A DNA stretch of 63,947 nucleotides, filler included, from Octopus bimaculoides (GCF_001194135.2; 8 parts of 6 records of this genome joined end to end with filler, not necessarily neighbours in it); one strand, 5' to 3'. Positions 39,931-52,835 are shown, counted from the first letter of the whole stretch. A program made the numbers and translations. The notes: generated by a model from the sequence alone, not told the origin.

Positions 39931-40613
39931 ATAAAATTAACAGGAATTTTTCCACCCTGCAGAGCAAAAATTACTGTTTTTCAAAGGACAACAGTTCAAT
40001 TTCAAATAAAGTATTTCACTTCAAAATAACATAAATTTACAATAAGCAGAACAGGAAACAGACTCACATACTGCAGGTAACAAACTGAAAACAACAACAT
40101 ATCGCAGATGAAAAAGGTGTGGCCTTGCTAGCTTAATTCTTTATTACAGGCACAAGGCCTAATTACAGAGGGGACATACAAAGATGCGGGAACAAAAAAA
40201 CACATGAAAGGATGAATGTGAAATGAATAAAATTACAATGCAAATGAGAAGGCCATCTTGTTCCCACCGTGAGATGAAACCGTGGATTCCTTTTCCTTAA
40301 CCCTTACATTTAACATAACTTCTAGCCTCTCTCCGAGGCAAAACCGTGACTTCCCTTTTCACTCTTAACCCATAATTATAAACATTTCAAACAAACGTTC
40401 ATACAGGACTTACTTACTTTCCTTTCCTTTTAAACTAAAACTCAACCTAATGTTTATCTCAGTATTTAGAAACTTTTGAAAACCTGTTCATTCAACAGTT
40501 GCAGAATTTATTTGCTTTTCCTTTTTTTCTTTTCCATCAAAAGTTCAAATAAATGTTTTTCTCAGTTACAGTCTTTACAAAAATATAATGACTTACCACT
40601 TCTGTCTCTCACA

Positions 40614-41725
40614 ATCATCATCATCATCATTGTTTAACGTCTGCCTTCCATGCTAGCATGGGTTGGATGATTTGACTGAAGACTGGCGAACCAGATGGCT
40701 ACACCAGGCTCCAATCTGATTTGGCAGAGTTCCTACAGTTAGATGTCCTTCCTAATGCCAACAACTCTGAGAGTGTAGTGGGTGCTTTTACGTGCCACCG
40801 GCACGAAGGCCAGTCAGGTGGTACTGGCAACAGCCACGCTCAAAATGGTATATTTTATGTGCCACCAGCACAAGTGCCAGGAAGGCGACGCTGGTAACAA
40901 TCACGTTCAAATGGTGCTATTTACGTGCCACTGGCACAGGAGCCAGACAGCTGCTCTGGCAATGATCACGCTCTGATGGTGTTCTTAGCACTCCACTGGT
41001 ACAGGTGCCAACACGATTTCGATTTCACTTGCCTCAACAGGTCTTTGCAAGCAGAGTTTAGTGTGCAATGAAGGAGATGTTGGCATGGGTGCCAGTCATC
41101 GAATTTGGTTCGATTTCAATTTCACTTGCCTCAACAAGTCTTCGCAAGCGGAGTTTAGTGTCCAATGAAGGAAAGGTACGCATAAGTGGGCTGACTACAC
41201 CCCTGGCAGAGGCCTCGAATTATGGTCTCATTTGGCTTGCTGGGTTTTCTCATGCACAGCATATTTCCAAAGGTCTCGGTCACAAGTCATTGCCTCAGTG
41301 AGGCCTAATCTTTGAAGGTCGTGCTTCACCACCTCATCCCAGGTCTTCCTGGGTCAAACTCTTCCACGGGTTCCCTCAATCGCTAGGGTGTGGCACTTTT
41401 TCACACAGCTATCCTCATCCATTCTTGCCACATCTCCATACCAGTGCAATCGTTTCTCTTGCACACCATAACTGATGCTACTTAGGTCTAACCTTTCTCT
41501 CAGGGTGCTTACACTCTGTCGAGTATACACACTGACAGTACACATCCATCGGGGCATACCGGGTTCATTCCTTGCGAGCTTACGCACGTCCTCAGCAGTC
41601 ACGGCCCATGTTTCACTGCCATGTGGCATGGCTGTTCGTACATATGCGTCATACAGTCTGCCTTTTACTCTGAGCGAGAGGCCCTTTGTCACCAGCAGAG
41701 GTAAGAGCTCTCTGAACTTTGCCCA
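40614..41725 (-). mobile_element. RTE-clade LINE 3' end (ORF C-terminus, 3' UTR, (GAT)n tail)
   Basis: WAKFRELLPLL...KGRLYDAYVRTAMPHGSETWAV...RLHWYGDVARM is the typical RTE C-terminus. The UTR matches 48361-48767. Confidence 0.9.
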
Positions 41726-41759
41726 CAATGTCTTTCTATCTTGCAATCTTTTACGTTGG

Positions 41760-42385
41760 GGTGTCCTATCTCACTATCATTTTTCTTTTTGTTTGTGTTT
41801 TTCATGTTGTCTCTTTTTGTCTCTATATTTCTGCTGTTTTTGGATTTCTTGTGATTGCATCTGTGTGTTCGTGTATTTGTGTTCGTTTGACTGTAACTCT
41901 ATGTGTTTCGTCTATGTGTCTATGTCGTTAGGTTTCCATAATTCTGGGTTGTCTTGTTTCTGGTCTGAATGACTCTGTACTTGTAAGTCCTTTACTGGTA
42001 ATTCTACTGGTAAATTTCCTTCGTTTCTCGTTGTAGGTTGGGTTTCCTCTTCCATTGCTTTACACTTCTTCAATTCCACTGTCTCTTTTCCTGGGTTTCA
42101 CCTCTGCAAAATTCCTTTCATGTTCTGTTTTCTGTTTCTGATTTTTTTCTAACATTATATCTTCCTGAACACTCTCTTCTACCACTTCCACTGCTGCCCT
42201 AGGGCATTTCCTTCTCAAGTGCCCTCTTTCACCACATCCGTAACACTTTAGGGTCTCTCCTCCAATATTATTTCCAGCACTTCTCCGTTTAGTAATTCCA
42301 AAGTTTCTGCCATTTTGTCGTAATATTTCGGGCTTACCGCACCGATTATTTCTATTTTCCGTAATTTGTCTAAGTGTTGTGTCTG
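41760..42385 (-). mobile_element. Second zinc-knuckle ORF1/Gag-like fragment
   Basis: CYGCGERGHLRRKCP (CX2CX4HX4C) followed by an E/K-rich segment. Confidence 0.65.
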
Positions 42386-42389
42386 GTCT

Positions 42390-43030
42390 ATGTGTGGACA
42401 AGATTTTTAAATTCTATGTTGTTGAGTGAGCCACCATGTTCCTGCTCGGCATGCTGGTACAGAACCGATGAGCTCTTCTCCCTCCAATGCTCATTTACCC
42501 ACTCTCCTATGCTCCGTGCTGTTTCCCTTACGTACGTCATTGTCTTGTTACTGCACCATCCCTCTGTACATCTTATTCTATAGACTACAATCATAGCTTT
42601 ACAGGTTGCTTGTGAGCTAAATCAACAGACAGTACAGCTCCCATCAGTACAGGAGGTTCTACTAAAAGGGTAAGTTATACCGATTAGGGATTTGATAGTT
42701 TGCCTGGCTTTACTACAACCTTATTTCTTAGCTTAAGTTTGTCTAGGGCCCTTCTAGAGCGGTATGCCAGTTCGCCTCTAGGGGTGGTGTCGACGAACAT
42801 GACACTCTGGTATTTGTGGCTATCATACCATGAGTTGTCCTTCCCTATTTTCTTCTTAGTCCTTTCAATGGTATTCCATGACTTGCTCCTATAGAGTGGG
42901 CAAATCTCATTCCTATTGTTACGTATGATAGTTTCAAATTTCCTCATGGCTCCTTTGTATACTCTGATTTTTTCTCTATGACTATATCCTGAGAACTGTA
43001 CTGTTTGTAGATCTAGCCCACAAACAAACT
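42390..43030 (-). mobile_element. Penelope-like element fragment (post-RT linker and GIY-YIG)
   Basis: PLYRSKSW...SVMFVDTTPRGEL and VYRIRC...YVRETARSIGEWVNEH...SVLYQH. Confidence 0.85.
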
Positions 43031-43034
43031 GTAA

Positions 43035-43227
43035 AGCTAGGAATGTAGTCTATAGTATAAGATGTACAGAGGGACAGTGCAGTAACAAGACAACGTACAT
43101 AGGGAAATAGCACGGAGCATAGGAGAGCAGGTAAACGAGCATTGGAGGGAACTTAAGGAAGAGAAGAGCTCATTGGTTCTGTGCTGGCACACCGAGCAGG
43201 AACATGGGAGCTCGTTCAACAACATTG
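43035..43227 (+). mobile_element. Inverted duplicate of the PLE GIY-YIG segment
   Basis: NVVYSIRCTEGQCSNKTTYIG...SIGEQVNEHW; reverse complement of ~42412-42590. Confidence 0.85.
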
Positions 43228-43603
43228 TATGTCGCCACTGTCATTTTTTTAATCCCAGTTTTGACCCTCCATAAATCCTAAATTAATGGGAGCAACTGTC
43301 TTTGAAGTCTCATATTGTTGTTGAATGCTTGAAATGAGGAATAGATAGACAGCCAACAACTGATGAAGGGTCTTTTCTCTGTGTTTACTTGTCCTGTTTT
43401 CAATTTTTTTCTTGTTGTTTACGTATTTCACTTGTTTTTCCCTTGTTTGTTTATGTATCTCATGTTATTTGCACCGTTGGTGACATCCTGTACCCATATA
43501 TGCATGTATATATATATATATATATGTATGTTATATATTATTTATTATTTACTATTTAATTGAACGCAATGCACCCATTTCCAAGTAAGCATATATATAT
43601 ATG

Positions 43604-43635
<32 letters not shown>

Positions 43636-46600
43636 TACACTATTTATTATCACTATTTAAATAAATATTTAAATTCTGGTTGTTTTTTTATTAAAAATAT
43701 CATTTAAAACATTTTACTCAATTTCAGTTTTCACAGTGACTCTCAGAACCATTGTGTTGTGTAAACTAAGGGATGACTTATATCTACATTCTGATTTATT
43801 AATATCAGCATAGTGTTTGTTTCCTTTTTATCTGTTATATGATATATAGTTTAACAACTTCAATAGATGATTTTTCATATATGCAAAAGTCGTTTTAAGG
43901 GTTTTTGTTTTTTTGCAATTTTTACCTTTTTTTCCACCTGCCTTTTCATGAAAAAAAAATGTGTTTGAACATTTATGATTTTTGTATAATATAGTTTTGT
44001 ATAATATATAGTTTAACAAGTTCAATAGATGATATTTCATATATGCAAAAGTCTTCGTTTCAATGCATCCATATTTAATAAATTATTTTCTTTTTAAGAT
44101 TCTTTTTGCCTAATGCATGAAAATGTTTCACTATTTGTACTAGTTTACTAATAGCTAATTTTCCTTTAAAATAGCTCTTAAAAAGAGATATTCGTGAATT
44201 CTAGTTTGCTAGCTATCAAGAAAACATTCTCTCTTTCCTGCCAATTCTCATTGCTCATTGGTATATTTCATTCATTTTTACCCAAGTCTTTGATCTTTTT
44301 TGTTTAAGATGGTTAATTATCAGTGTATCAATGATGTTCACAAATATTTATAATTCAATAAGTTGCATTTGATAGAACTTCATAATTCTTAGCTATATTC
44401 TCACTAAGCGGGTTCTTTTGATATTTTAATTTTGTAATATTTGCATTACAATAGCTACCTTGTGTGATACATCAATAATTATGAGTCAAAGTAAAGTAAT
44501 CAACAATAAATATTACATCATCAGCTAATGAAAGCAAGTGCCACCGATGCTTTAAGAGAGTTCTATGTGCAGGCAAGGTTGATCTACAAGTAATCCTTAT
44601 GTAAAATAGACATATTTATTATCAAATCAAGCAACCTAAGAAAGCAGGTAAATATAGTATCCATAAATATAGAATAGCTATACTGCTTCATATAATACAT
44701 GTAAACAATTATATTCATTAGTTTACTCAATATAACAATGCTTTTAAATAAGGCAACCCATAAGACACTTTAATTTTTTTTGCTTATGCTAGTTGGCTTT
44801 TATTTATTCATGACTCTTTCTAAAGCACCAATTATTTTGTCAGGTCAGCTACTTTGCTGTGTGTACTGACTAGCCTCATGTGGCTCTGTATTTATATTAT
44901 TAAATACTTTTGCCAGTCAGATTTATTGCTTTATATCTAACAACTTTTTTTCTCTCAAACCACTTAACTGTTTTTTATTGAGTGCATGGACTCAGACACA
45001 CATACACAAACAAGCATATGTATATGCTTTTGTGTGTGTGTGTGTGCGCACGCACATACAATAATGCTATTTAAAATCTTGGTTCTACAAAAAAAGATCT
45101 CAGAGAAGCACCAAACAATGTACTGTTATATGATTCACCAGTAATATTAGAGAGCAACATGTTCTATTTTACATCACATTCAAAATCTCATCAATGACTA
45201 TAAACTCAGGCAAAAGGGTAGTAAAAACTAATGTATGTGAGCAAGATGTAAAATTCATCTAGGTCTCTGCAAGTGTTGCCAATATTTCTCATACAACCTT
45301 AACTCCACTTGTTTAAAAATATAAATTAATTGTGGAAATAATTTTATATGAGATTCTTTTTAAGTTTAACTTTCTGTGTTTGGAAGAAGGAGCAGTAACA
45401 ATGATTTCTTAGGCCCTCCTAGACATGTGACATTGATGCATTTTATCCTTCTCTCAGAAGGCTAATATTTTAAAAAGGAAGAACTGGAAACAGGGCATCA
45501 TGATTAATGTAAGAGTAATGAGAGAAGAGATGAGTAGGGCAGGAATTCTTGGGTGGAAATGGCATCAGTCCAACCAGCTTTAATGAGCAGAACTCATTAT
45601 AGCAGTGTTTCTCAAAGGGGCAGTGTGACTGTGGGTATGGTGGGTGGGGGGTGGGGGAACACAATCGATACATCTTTTAATAACACTAGTTCTCAAAAAA
45701 ATTTTTCCATTTTTATTTTCTTTGTGAGTCTTCTCATAATAATGGTCAAAATGTTGTTTGATACTTTAAAGTGCAAGTATTCTGTACAGGCACTTTGCAA
45801 GTGCAGATTACTTGCACTTTGTTGGCTGCACTGCATATTTGATGTAAACTGTGACCCAGTATTCATTACTGCAGCTGTTGAGGGATCCTCCATTAGTATC
45901 AACAAATACCATTTCATTGTTTGATTAATTGAACTATCTTATTCTTTAATGTGTAAGCAGCTATATTCCACATGCACAGGTACCCTTGTAATTCTCTAAT
46001 AAATCAGTGTGACACAATCTGTGACAAGGCTTGACCTTTTGAATGTCAAGGGCAATCCATTTGACACTGTTCCACACTGTTTCAATGTACTTAAATTCAT
46101 TCACAAGGATTGGGTTGATTAAGAATATTGTAAAAGACAAATTAAACTTAAACTTGAAGCTTCATGATTGCAAAGCAAGCTTTTTAACTATCCAGCCATG
46201 TCTGCTTCCACAACAGTTATGGAATATACAATAGACACAAGAGTTTTGAATAGGTTCCTTGTGGTTATTGATTAGATTACACTACTGCTAATTAATTGAT
46301 CAATATTTCCAAATGGGTTTCTAAATTATTGGTTCTACAGTTTTATAAATTATTCAAGGTAGTTTTTTTTTTCCTTTCTCGTTGAAAGTTGAGAATTTAA
46401 TCAAAATTTTTTGAGTTATTCCTTTTTTTCAATTACTACAACATTTTCTTGAAATTTATTCTTTGATTAACAAGACGTTACACCACAAAATGTTAATTTA
46501 AAGCTAGATTATTAATTACTGTAAAAGAACACATTGTGGGAGGTGTAGCATGGAGGAGGAAGACTGAGACTAATGGTTTTTGCAGAGCCTGTGAAACCGT

Positions 46601-46936
46601 TGAGAGACAAGGAGAGAGTTAATCTTGATCTAGAGACCTTGTCTAAATGCTTGCAGTAAAGGTGACACTTCAAAAAGCATCTTAGGTAGGTATTAAATTG
46701 GGTGATGGATTAAATTTACTAACAAAAATAGTACAATCCATCTGGTGAGCCTCCACATAGTTCCCATCCAGTTTCATTCATTTAGGTTGTATTAATCTGA
46801 TGTAAATTATGCTGTGCAGTGAGATCAAATTCTTTGTTGGCTTCTTGGAAGACTCTACCTTATCTGTCTCTGTTGCAGGTGAGAATGTTGAAGCTGATGA
46901 CTGCTTCACTGATTTTGGCAGTGAGATTCATAGTAG

Positions 46937-47315
46937 CAGGGCTGGCCTTAGGAGGTGCGGGGCCCAATTAGGAACAATTTCGGTGAGCCCCAGGTTCCCA
47001 GTCAACTTGCTCAAAGTTTTTTTTCTTGCGCTATCAAATAATCACTTCTCCTAATATGCCGCAAATGTCTTTTTTCCATGAAAAACAGGGGGTGAGGTGG
47101 GGTAGACCTTTGGAAATTCCCTCTCCCTCCACCTCGGAGTTATTTTCTTTCGTCATTTTGTTTTCAGGTGCTGTCAACTAATCTCACCTCCTAATATACT
47201 GCAGAGGTCTTTTTTGCCCTTTGTGGCATATTAGAAGAGCAGAATAGTGGCTGTTTAGTATGTTTAATAACTGCTATTTCTAGTATACTAAACAGCCATG
47301 TTAAGGACCGGCTAC
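46937..47315. mobile_element. Possible hAT-type MITE relic
   Basis: Starts cagggctggcctta and has an imperfect inverted end taaggaccggct. Confidence 0.35.
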
Positions 47316-47391
47316 CTTTCAGTTTATTTAAACAGTGTATAATGTGTGTGTGTGTGTGTATATGTATATGTGATGTATATGCGAGTATGCA

Positions 47392-47445
<54 letters not shown>

Positions 47446-47593
47446 AAGAGAGTTAGGGGTTGAGAATCCAACCCACTAAGGGATAATATCTAACCAATAT
47501 ATTGCTGGGAAGGTACCTAATTATTGCTACACTAGTGATTTACCAAGTGCATTAAGTGGGTGCGGGTAAAAGGGTTTTTTTACCCTAAATTGA

Positions 47594-48333
47594 TATAGCA
47601 ATAAGAAAATGGAGGGGAATATGAGGTACTCATCAACTTGCACACACTGTACTCTGTTGATTAATCCGTTTATTTTACAACCAAAAGGACAATAAAGACA
47701 ATATACAGACACTTATGACATACTATGTCGTATCAACAATTAAAATTTCAAATTTAAAAGAACATCTAGCAACCAAAGAAGGGACAAAATTTTACAGCTG
47801 CTTCAGCCTAGCGTTGACATGCCCCATTCTATCTATATAGCTCCAGTATGCTGGAGTGTTCGGTAGATGAAAAGGATGCAATGGGGGTACATGCATGATT
47901 CACTAGGCCTCTTCAGAGATTTACAAAATTCAATTCATGAATTTTGCAAAATTCAAATACAAATATAAAAATAAAAATATAAAAGCATATAAAAAGACAT
48001 ACAAAAAGCATATAAAAAAAACATATAAAGAGTCATAAAAACTCATATATACATGCATATGCATGTATACATTACCATATACAGATATACATGAATACAA
48101 AAACATAAACACGTGCAGATGTACATACATAGATGGCTGTACATGCATACCTCAGTTGCTAGATGTCCTTTTAAATTTGAACTTTTAATTGTAGATATGA
48201 CATAATATGTCATAAGTGTCTGTATATTGTCTTTATTGTCCTTTTGGTTGTAAAATAAATGGATTAATCAAGAGTACAGTGTGTGCAAGTTGATGAGTAC
48301 CTCATATTCCCCTCCATTTTCTTATTGCTATAT
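47594..48333. mobile_element. Fold-back element: ~180-bp inverted arms around a spacer with a hammerhead relic
   Basis: 47594-47773 is the reverse complement of 48156-48333. The minus-strand hammerhead-like motif lies at 47788-47921. Confidence 0.8.
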
Positions 48334-48360
48334 ATATATATATATATAATATATATATAT

Positions 48361-48767
48361 ATTGCCAGAGCAGCTGTCTGGCTTCTGTGCCAGTGGCACA
48401 TAAATAGCACCATTTGAGTATGATCGTTACCAGCGTCGCCTTACTGGCACTTGTGTCGGTGGCACGTGAAAACACATTCGAGCGAGGTCGTTGCCAGTGC
48501 CGCTGGACTGGCTCCTGTGCAGGTGGCACACAAAAAACACCATTTTGAGCATGGCCGTTGCCAGTACCGCCTGACTGGCCCTTGTGCTGGTGGCATGTAA
48601 AGGCACCCACTACACTCTTGGAGTGGTTGGCGTTAGGAAGGGCATCCAGCTGTAGAAACTCTGCCAGATCAGATTGGAGCCTGGCACAGCCATCTGGTTT
48701 GCCAGTCCTCAGACAAATTGTCCAACCCATGCTAGATGGAAAGCGGACGTTAAATGATGATGATGAT
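48361..48767 (+). mobile_element. RTE LINE 3' UTR fragment
   Basis: Reverse complement of 40614-40960; ends in (GAT)n. Confidence 0.9.
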
Positions 48768-48860
48768 ATATACTTAGTAGTGGGATGTTGAAAATTGTGC
48801 ACTGAAAAAATAAATCAAACAGCATTTCAACTCTGTGTGAATATATGTGTATGTATGTAG

Positions 48861-48982
48861 AAACTCTGCCAAATTAGATTGGAGCCTGGTGTTGCCATCC
48901 GGTTTCACCAGTCCTCAGTCAAATCGTCCAACCCATGCTAGCATGGAAAGCGGACGTTAAACGATGATGATGATGATGATGA
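48861..48982 (+). mobile_element. RTE LINE terminal fragment
   Basis: Same terminal 120 bp and (GAT)n tail as 48650-48767. Confidence 0.9.
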
Positions 48983-49120
48983 TATATATATATGAAAGGT
49001 AGNNNNNNNNNNNNNNNNNNNNNNNNNNNNNNNNNNNNNNNNNNNNTTAATTAATTAANNNNNNNNNNNNNNNNNNNNNNNNNNNNNNNNNNNNNNNNNN
49101 NNGACGCCGCAGCTGCTTTC

Positions 49121-49256
49121 TACGGCTGAGTGAACTGGAACAACATGAAATAAAGTGTCTTGCTCAAGAACACAACATGCAGCTCGGTCTGGGATTCGAA
49201 CTCACAACCTCATGGTCGTAAGTTCGATGCCCTAACCACTGAACCATGTGCCTTCA
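49121..49256 (-). mobile_element. SINE family B head
   Basis: Reverse complement of 62311-62445. Confidence 0.9.
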
Positions 49257-49518
49257 TATATGTATGCATGTATGTGTGTGTGTGTGTGTGTGTGTGTATA
49301 CGTGGTGTGTGTGTGTGCCTTAATTCTTCGAAACGCCAGAGTTTTAATGGTGGCAGCTGATGAAGGGGATGTTTCTATGTGGCCTGCTTGTTTGTTGCAC
49401 CTTGTTTACCATTTTCTCCTTGTTCTTTTACCACGTCATGTACCCAGTTATGTATCTATATGCACATGTAGATGAATGTATATACATACATGTACATATA
49501 TATGCATATACTCATATT

Positions 49519-49558
<40 letters not shown>

Positions 49559-50118
49559 ATGTATATATATATATATGTATATATATATTGCTAACTGTTA
49601 GAAAATATCATCTAAATACTAACACCCCATCAGATTTGATGTGGTAATTAGAACAAACTAAAATAGATTGAGAAAGGGAACCAATAACAAATTATGATGA
49701 ATATACTGAGATTGATAGATCAAGAGAATATTATCTTTTACTTGTTTCACTCATTCGACTGTGACTATGCTGGGACTTTGACGAGTTTAATCCAACAAAT
49801 CAGTCGCAGTTGTCAAACAGTTAAAGGAGACAAACACAAAGATACACACACACACATATATACATATAGAGAGAGAGACCAAAGTGTATGTACATTGCCA
49901 TATGTATATAAAAAGGAATACAAAAATTGGGACAAGACTGCAAGTTCTTGTCCCGTTTTATCATCCAGACAGTTAGATGATACAAAAAAGGGACAACAAA
50001 ACATCCAGACAGATGATACAAAAAAGGGACAAGACAAAAACAAGGACAGATCATTCAGAGTTTTCTTTCCTCAGCCAAAATTGCAAAGATAATCTGGAAC
50101 TCGACCTAGGAAAGAAAA

Positions 50119-50340
50119 CTGAGGGGGTGCTGAAAAGTTCCTGACTTTAATGGTATCATGAAAAGGATTGGTTGAGGGCCCAAATTTCCAAGTTCTTTTA
50201 TAGAGCTTTGAAAAACTGAAGGACCACTGCACTAAGTGTATGAATCTGAGAGGGGAATAATGTTGAATAAAATCATAATTAACTGATCCTCCTATATTTT
50301 CTTTTACTCAAAACCAGGAACTTTTCAGCATGCCCTCATA
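50119..50340 (+). mobile_element. Mariner-derived MITE
   Basis: TIRs gagggggtgctgaaaagttcctg / caggaacttttcagcatgccctc. The internal relic KLKDHCTKCMNLRGE is a mariner C-terminus. Confidence 0.85.
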
Positions 50341-51133
50341 TATTTTTATTACTAGTGACAGAAGTAGCATAAGTTCAAAATAGCATTCAGTATATTTTCC
50401 TTAACATGGACATACTAAGAAAGTTAGAAAACTGCAGCATTCATCTCAATAAAGAATCTCATATAGATGTATAGTGCTAAAAGGTACAGAAGTAAATCAG
50501 TAGGAGACAAAAAGCACCCAGCAGCAGTAGTATTGCAAAATCAAAATTTGTGCTTCTTTCAGTGTTTATCAGAAGCAAGTACCCACTAACAACCACATGC
50601 TTAGACAAACTTAGCCTCAAATGATATAGAAAAATGATGATCAACAAATCACTGGTGTTCCAAATACATAGCAGACTGAGGAAAAATTAATTACTAACAA
50701 TGGAAGCAGTATTAGTTCAAAATAACATTTTGTATATCTATCTTAATGTGGATATAATGTAGAAAGCCAGAATCATCTTGAGTAATCATCTCTTATAGGA
50801 CTATAGTGCTAAAAAGCACAGAAGTACATCAGTGACAGACTTCTCAAAATCAAGCATCCATTACATTTTGAAGTACTGTCATTAGAAAATTACATCCAAA
50901 GAATAGCCCAAGCTCTCAATGAAGATAACCTGAACTGAGATGTGGAGTTTTGCAAGTTGTACTTGCCTGATGAGTAGAAAATGCACAGTTTCCAACAAAA
51001 ATTGTTTAGGTGATGAGACTACATTTAGATTAAAAAGCTCAATTAATCACCACAGTTACGCCTATAGGAGACCTGGGGGTCTGCATATTATGGAGCAACA
51101 TCATGTTAATTTACTAGGAGTTACAGTAAGGTG

Positions 51134-51519
51134 TGTTGTTGGCACTCCGTCACTTACAACGTCGAGGGTTCCAGTTGATCCGATCAACGGAACAGCCTGC
51201 TCGTGAAATTAACGTGCAAGTGGCTGAGCACTCCACAGACACGTGTACCCTTAACGTAGTTCTCAGGGAGATTCAGCGTGACTCAGTGTGACAAGGCTGG
51301 GTCTTTGAATTACAGGCACAACAGAAACAGGTAGTAAGAGTGAGAGAAAGTTGTGGTGAAAAAGTACAGCAGGGTTTGCCACCATCCCCTGTCGGAGCCT
51401 CGTGGAGCTTTAGATGTTTTCGCTCAATAAACACTCACAATGCCCGATCCTATGAATTGAAACTGCGATCCTATGCCCGCGAGTCTGCTGCCCTGACCAC
51501 TGGGCCATTGCGCCTCCAC
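51134..51519 (-). mobile_element. SINE family A, full length
   Basis: High identity to 35385-35768. Confidence 0.95.
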
Positions 51520-51639
51520 ATGAAACAGATTAATTGGACAATTCTTTCTTGACATTAATGCAACAGGTCCCATTTACTTTAACTTGCTGTAACAATCTGG
51601 TATGCCAGACATTTAAGAAGACTTTGAAGATGTTGAATT

Positions 51640-51960
51640 TATGTCCAGCAAGATGGAGGTACCCCAACACTATAACAGTAATGAAATTTTTCCAAACAAG
51701 TTGATTGGGCAAAGATGTTCCATTGAATGCCCTTCATGTTCACCAGGGCCTCACAAGACTAGTCTTTATTTTTATGGGAACATTTAAAAGATAAAGTCTA
51801 CAGTACAAAACTAGCAACAGATGGTAAACTGAGGGAAGGCGTGGAACAAGAATGTACACAAATACCTAATGAAATATTTCTTGATGCTTGGGATTTTATT
51901 GTTTCATGTTATCAACAGTGACTGGATCAGAACAGTCATCAGTTTGAAAACAGCCATTCA
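51640..51960 (+). pseudogene. Tc1/mariner-superfamily transposase C-terminal relic
   Basis: QQDG...FPNKLIGQR...PSCSPG...LKDKVYSTK...LREGVEQEC...HQFEN (cf. QQDGAPPH, WP.RSPDL, LK..VY, HFE). Confidence 0.7.
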
Positions 51961-52109
51961 CAGAAAAGTTATATTTTGTGTGTAGTTTCTATTAAATTTT
52001 CAAAATGAAATGTATTTTAATAAACTCTGACTTTATAACCATTCAATGTGTGTATACATTTTTGGGGAGACACCCTGTTTGCATGTATATATGTATGTGT
52101 GTGTGTGTG

Positions 52110-52147
<38 letters not shown>

Positions 52148-52179
52148 CGAATTGAAGACGCTGCGTTCAGTCATGTAAA

Positions 52180-52835
52180 AACAAATAGTAAATGAGTATA
52201 TGCATATATACGTACAGGTATGTGCGTACCGACATCCACCTGTATGTATAGGTGCATATCTGGGTACAGGACATTGCAAACAAAACGTAGACAAGAAAAC
52301 ACACAAGCCACATAGAGAACATTCTACTTCATCAGCTACCCCCGTTTTAACATCGGCTTTTCGAAGAGCTGGGCAGGACGCATCGTTAAAACGGCTCTTC
52401 CCATGGACCGCAAANNNNNNNNNNNNNNNNNNNNNNNNNNNNNNNNNNNNNNNNNNNNNNNNNNNNNNNNNNNNNNNNNNNNNNNNNNNNNNNNNNNNNN
52501 NNNNNNNNNNNNNNNNNNNNNNNNNNNNNNNNNNNNNNNNNNNNNNNNNNNNNNNNNNNNNNNNNNCTTGCCATGGAGGAATGTAGTGGCGGACAAATTT
52601 AATTTGCGGTCCATGGGAAGAGCCGTTTTAACGATGCGTCCTGCCCAGCTCTTCGAAAAGCCGATGTTAAAACGGGGGTAGCTGATGAAGTAGAATGTTC
52701 TCTATGTGGCTTGTGTGTTTTCTCGTCTACGTTTTGTTTGCAATGTCCTGTACCCAGATATGCACCTATACATACAGGTGGATGTCGGTACGCACATACC
52801 TGTACGTATATATGCATATACTCATTTACTATTTG
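52180..52835. repeat. ~235-bp near-perfect inverted repeat of a PLE-like 3' end, across a gap
   Basis: 52180-52414 versus 52603-52835, with one mismatch noticed by eye. Contains gctgatgaag, as do the related ends at ~43350 and ~49357. Confidence 0.85.

Noticed and set aside
43340-43370. CTGATGAAG at PLE-like ends (also 49357, 52680)
   Set aside because: No downstream stem II-GAAA-UH within range, so not a complete ribozyme.
43810-44060. ~65-bp direct duplication about 175 bp apart
   Set aside because: An ordinary AT-rich local duplication with no further structure.
44525-44572. Possible exon LMKASATDALREFYVQ with GC donor
   Set aside because: A-rich poor acceptor, non-canonical donor and no recognisable homology.
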